A stretch of DNA of 64,000 bases from an uncultured delta proteobacterium (lineage in GTDB: Bacteria > Desulfobacterota > Binatia > UBA9968), in assembly GCA_963727625.1 (NCBI GenBank), contig CAVSHR010000014.1:1-64000 (forward strand). The letters run 5' to 3'. Shown piece after piece: positions 61,372 to 64,000 of this stretch. The notes under the pieces were generated by a model. It was given only the letters and a program-made list of their open reading frames with translations, was not told where the DNA came from and searched no databases. The translations under genes and the position numbers were made by a program. Positions within the stretch are counted from its first letter, which is position 1. Each line of letters begins with the position of its first letter.

Positions 61372-61502
61372 CATCGGCCGGTCGTTGGGTCGCCATCCAG
61401 ACCGGTCATGTTGACCGGATCTCAACTTCTCCGATTCGCAGCGCGTAGATCGAATCGCGATTATCTGAGGCAGCGGCATTTCGGCAATAGTAAGAAAGTT
61501 CC

Positions 61503-63416
61503 ATGAAAAATCCATCCGAGCGACTTAGTCTCCAGGGCCATGGCGGTCCCGGCACCGGAACACTGCCATATGTGATCGCCGTCGCGACTTTCGTTCTGAT
61601 CATTGCGTCGCTCTATTGGGCGCAAGCTGTCCTGATCCCCGTCGCTTTGGCGATCTTGTTGACCTTTTTGTTGACTCCGGTTGCGGGCGCCCTGGAACGG
61701 ATCACTCGTAGACGACTTCCTTCAGTGATCCTGGTCGTAGTTCTGACATTTTCTCTCCTGGGAGGAATCGGCTGGATCGTCACGCTTCAACTCGGCAGCC
61801 TGGCGAACGAGCTGCCTAAATACACACGCAACATCCGGCAAAAAATTGCCGACGTCCGCGGGGCGGGCAAGGGCGGTGCCTTTGAGAAAGTGCAAAAAAC
61901 CGTCGAGGATGTAAAAAGCGAAATTCAGAAAGGCGACGAGTCCGCAGGGGTGAGTGGTCAAGGCCTACCAGTCATCGTGCAGCCTGAGTCTTTCACGTTT
62001 TGGCCTGTTCCACAGGCCGTTGGGCCGATGTTGGAACGCCTTGCCAGCGCCGGCCTCGTGATTGTGTTGGTCATCTTTATGCTGATTCAGCGCGAAGATC
62101 TGCGCAATCGCTTCATCCGGCTCGCGGGTTATGGCCGTTTGACGATTACGACTCTGGCGCTGGAAGAAGCGGGTCAGCGCATTAGCCGTTACCTGTTGAT
62201 GCAGACGATCATCAATTGCTCCTTCGGGCTAGCGGTGGGTTGCGCGCTTTATCTGATCGGTGTTCCCTATGCCATCCTCTGGGGTTTTCTTGCCGCCGTG
62301 TTGCGATTCATTCCGTATATTGGATTCTTCGTAGCGGCGATCTTGCCCAGTGCGCTCAGCCTGGCGGTTTTCGACGGCTGGCTGTGGCCGATCGTCGTTG
62401 CCGGACTCTTTTTGGCGCTGGAACTCCTCAATAATATGGTTCTGGAGCCGCTGCTCTATGGCGAGAGCGCGGGCGTCTCGGGAGTCGGGCTCCTCGTTGC
62501 ACTGGCGTTCTGGACATGGCTTTGGGGGCCGGTCGGACTGGTCCTCGCCACCCCGCTCACGGTCTGTGTTGTCGTGCTGAGCAAGTACGTGCCCGGGATG
62601 GATTTTATCGGAGTGCTGATCAGCGATCAGCCGGCGCTGGAATCAAACATAAGCTACTACCAGAGACTGTTGGCCATGGACCAAGCCGAAGCGGCCGAAA
62701 TCGTCGAAGAACATCTCAAGACCCATCCGCAGGAACAGCTCTTCGATGCGGTGCTGGTGCCGGCGCTGAACTACGCCCGGAGGGACCGAGAGCTCGGAAG
62801 GCTGACGGACGATGGCGAACAATTTGTTTTCCGCGCGACACGGGAGATTTTGGAGGACCTTGACCGTTTGACGCCCAAGAGTTTGCCGGAGGCTCCCGAC
62901 TCTGCCAAAGCAGAGTCGATTGTCGAAGGCTCCCAGGTCACCCTTTCCCCGAAAGTTCGCGTCTTAGGGTGTCCCGCCCGCGACGAAGCAGACGAGCTGG
63001 CGCTCCTCATGTTCAGTCAGCTACTGGATTCCAGCAAATTTGAATTCGAGGTCGTATCCGATGCGGTGCTGGCTTCCGAAGTTGTTGCCCGGATCGAAGA
63101 AAAAACCCCAGCGATGATTTTTATCGCCACCGTATCACCCGGAGGACTGGCGCAGACACGTTATCTCTGCAAGCGGTTACGGGCGCGATGTCCCAATCTC
63201 AAGATCGCGGTCGGACGATGGGGTATGGGAAGCGAGGATAAAAATGGCATTCTGCTCGCGGGTGCCGACAGGGTTGGGACGACCATGATCGAAACGCGCG
63301 AGCAGTTGATTCAATTGTGCCAATTCGGCGCCCAGTCAGAAGAGCCGTCGGTTGCAACGGTTCCTGCTTGTCCTACCAGCAGAGAGACGCGCCCCCTGAC
63401 TTTATCTGCTGATTAA
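61503..63416 (+). CDS. AI-2E family transporter with C-terminal B12-binding/receiver-like domain
   Basis: EDLRNRFIRL, RFIPYIG, WLWGPVGLVLATPLT; soluble C-terminal domain. Confidence 0.85.
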   Translation: MKNPSERLSLQGHGGPGTGTLPYVIAVATFVLIIASLYWAQAVLIPVALAILLTFLLTPVAGALERITRRRLPSVILVVVLTFSLLGGIGWIVTLQLGSLANELPKYTRNIRQKIADVRGAGKGGAFEKVQKTVEDVKSEIQKGDESAGVSGQGLPVIVQPESFTFWPVPQAVGPMLERLASAGLVIVLVIFMLIQREDLRNRFIRLAGYGRLTITTLALEEAGQRISRYLLMQTIINCSFGLAVGCALYLIGVPYAILWGFLAAVLRFIPYIGFFVAAILPSALSLAVFDGWLWPIVVAGLFLALELLNNMVLEPLLYGESAGVSGVGLLVALAFWTWLWGPVGLVLATPLTVCVVVLSKYVPGMDFIGVLISDQPALESNISYYQRLLAMDQAEAAEIVEEHLKTHPQEQLFDAVLVPALNYARRDRELGRLTDDGEQFVFRATREILEDLDRLTPKSLPEAPDSAKAESIVEGSQVTLSPKVRVLGCPARDEADELALLMFSQLLDSSKFEFEVVSDAVLASEVVARIEEKTPAMIFIATVSPGGLAQTRYLCKRLRARCPNLKIAVGRWGMGSEDKNGILLAGADRVGTTMIETREQLIQLCQFGAQSEEPSVATVPACPTSRETRPLTLSAD

Positions 63417-63716
63417 GATGGCTTCGCCATAATCAAAATCAATTAGACTGGCGTCGTCGGCGGCAGAGGACAGGATTGGGAATCAACAGCAAGTTAAGTA
63501 GGTCGCCGCGAATCGAGAACTGAACGGACCACTCACGCGAAACGATTCCAAACGGTTCGCCCCATCGCACGTGAAAGTAGGGGAAAGCAAAGATTCTTCC
63601 TAGATATCGTCCAGTATTGGACAGCAAACCAACTTAACTTGAGCGAGTATGTGGGTTGATGATCGACATAAATAACCCGATCCTCATAAAAGAGCCGAAC
63701 TCTAGAGGAGGTAGAA

Positions 63717-63929
63717 ATGTGGAACAAAGATGAAATCAAAGGCAAGGGCAAGCAAATTTCCGGCGCGGCAAAGAATAAAGTCGGGGAATTGATCAAGGAT
63801 CCCAAATTCGAAGCCAAGGGGGAAGCTGAACGTGTCGCAGGTAAGATTCAGGAGAAAACCGGCGAAGCGCGCCGAAAAACCGGTGAAGCGATTAAAAAGG
63901 CCGGCAAGGCGATCGCCGGAAAACTATAG
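63717..63929 (+). CDS. csbD: CsbD family stress protein
   Basis: NKDEIKGKGKQISG..K.KVG...EAKG...GKIQEK. Confidence 0.9.
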   Translation: MWNKDEIKGKGKQISGAAKNKVGELIKDPKFEAKGEAERVAGKIQEKTGEARRKTGEAIKKAGKAIAGKL

Positions 63930-64000
63930 TTAGGGAGTCTCACGTCATCGGTCAATGACAATTCCTGGCGGCAACAGAGAGGAGGCGATTTTCATGGAAC

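Noticed and set aside
1-64000. tRNA, rRNA, integrase, selA/selB/selC/selD
   Set aside because: None were recognised in this window, so the Sec machinery would have to lie elsewhere.

Overview
A 64 kb, mostly high-GC bacterial window. The gene content (NitT/TauT-type binding proteins, amidohydrolase, UbiD, VOC, MmgE/PrpD) suggests a soil deltaproteobacterium such as Candidatus Binatia; this taxonomy is an inference. Positions 1-9 kb form an accessory/defence region with four notable parts. (i) A ubiquitin-like conjugation operon (Ubl ending in Gly, Cys-free E2, JAB peptidase, ThiF/E1; Bub/Bil type) is divergent from an ECF-like sigma / small protein / IrrE-ImmA metallopeptidase triad, and the whole block is bounded by GGGTCAGG-type inverted motifs. 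(ii) A low-GC three-gene cassette encodes a DUF5678-like protein, a retropepsin-like Asp protease and a putative gasdermin-like protein. (iii) That cassette lies between two ~560 bp direct copies of a dedA-rhodanese 3' half. (iv) A single reading frame at 7521-8870 is interrupted only by two in-frame UGA codons, each at a position where Cys is expected and each followed by a SECIS-like hairpin, so it is a probable di-selenoprotein. Positions 9-35 kb hold core and catabolic genes (relA, murJ, prpD-like, hpaB-like, SET, M24 peptidases, radical SAM, ubiD-like, rlmL, glgC). Positions 35-64 kb hold glycan, membrane and general-stress genes (GT4, GH130, carD, desaturase, ftsH, nfeD-floA, BON, YtxH, Crp, GH13, PBP1A, AI-2E, csbD). 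Many single-base frameshifts in 1-7.4 kb may be assembly errors. All product calls come from motif recognition only; no searches were run.
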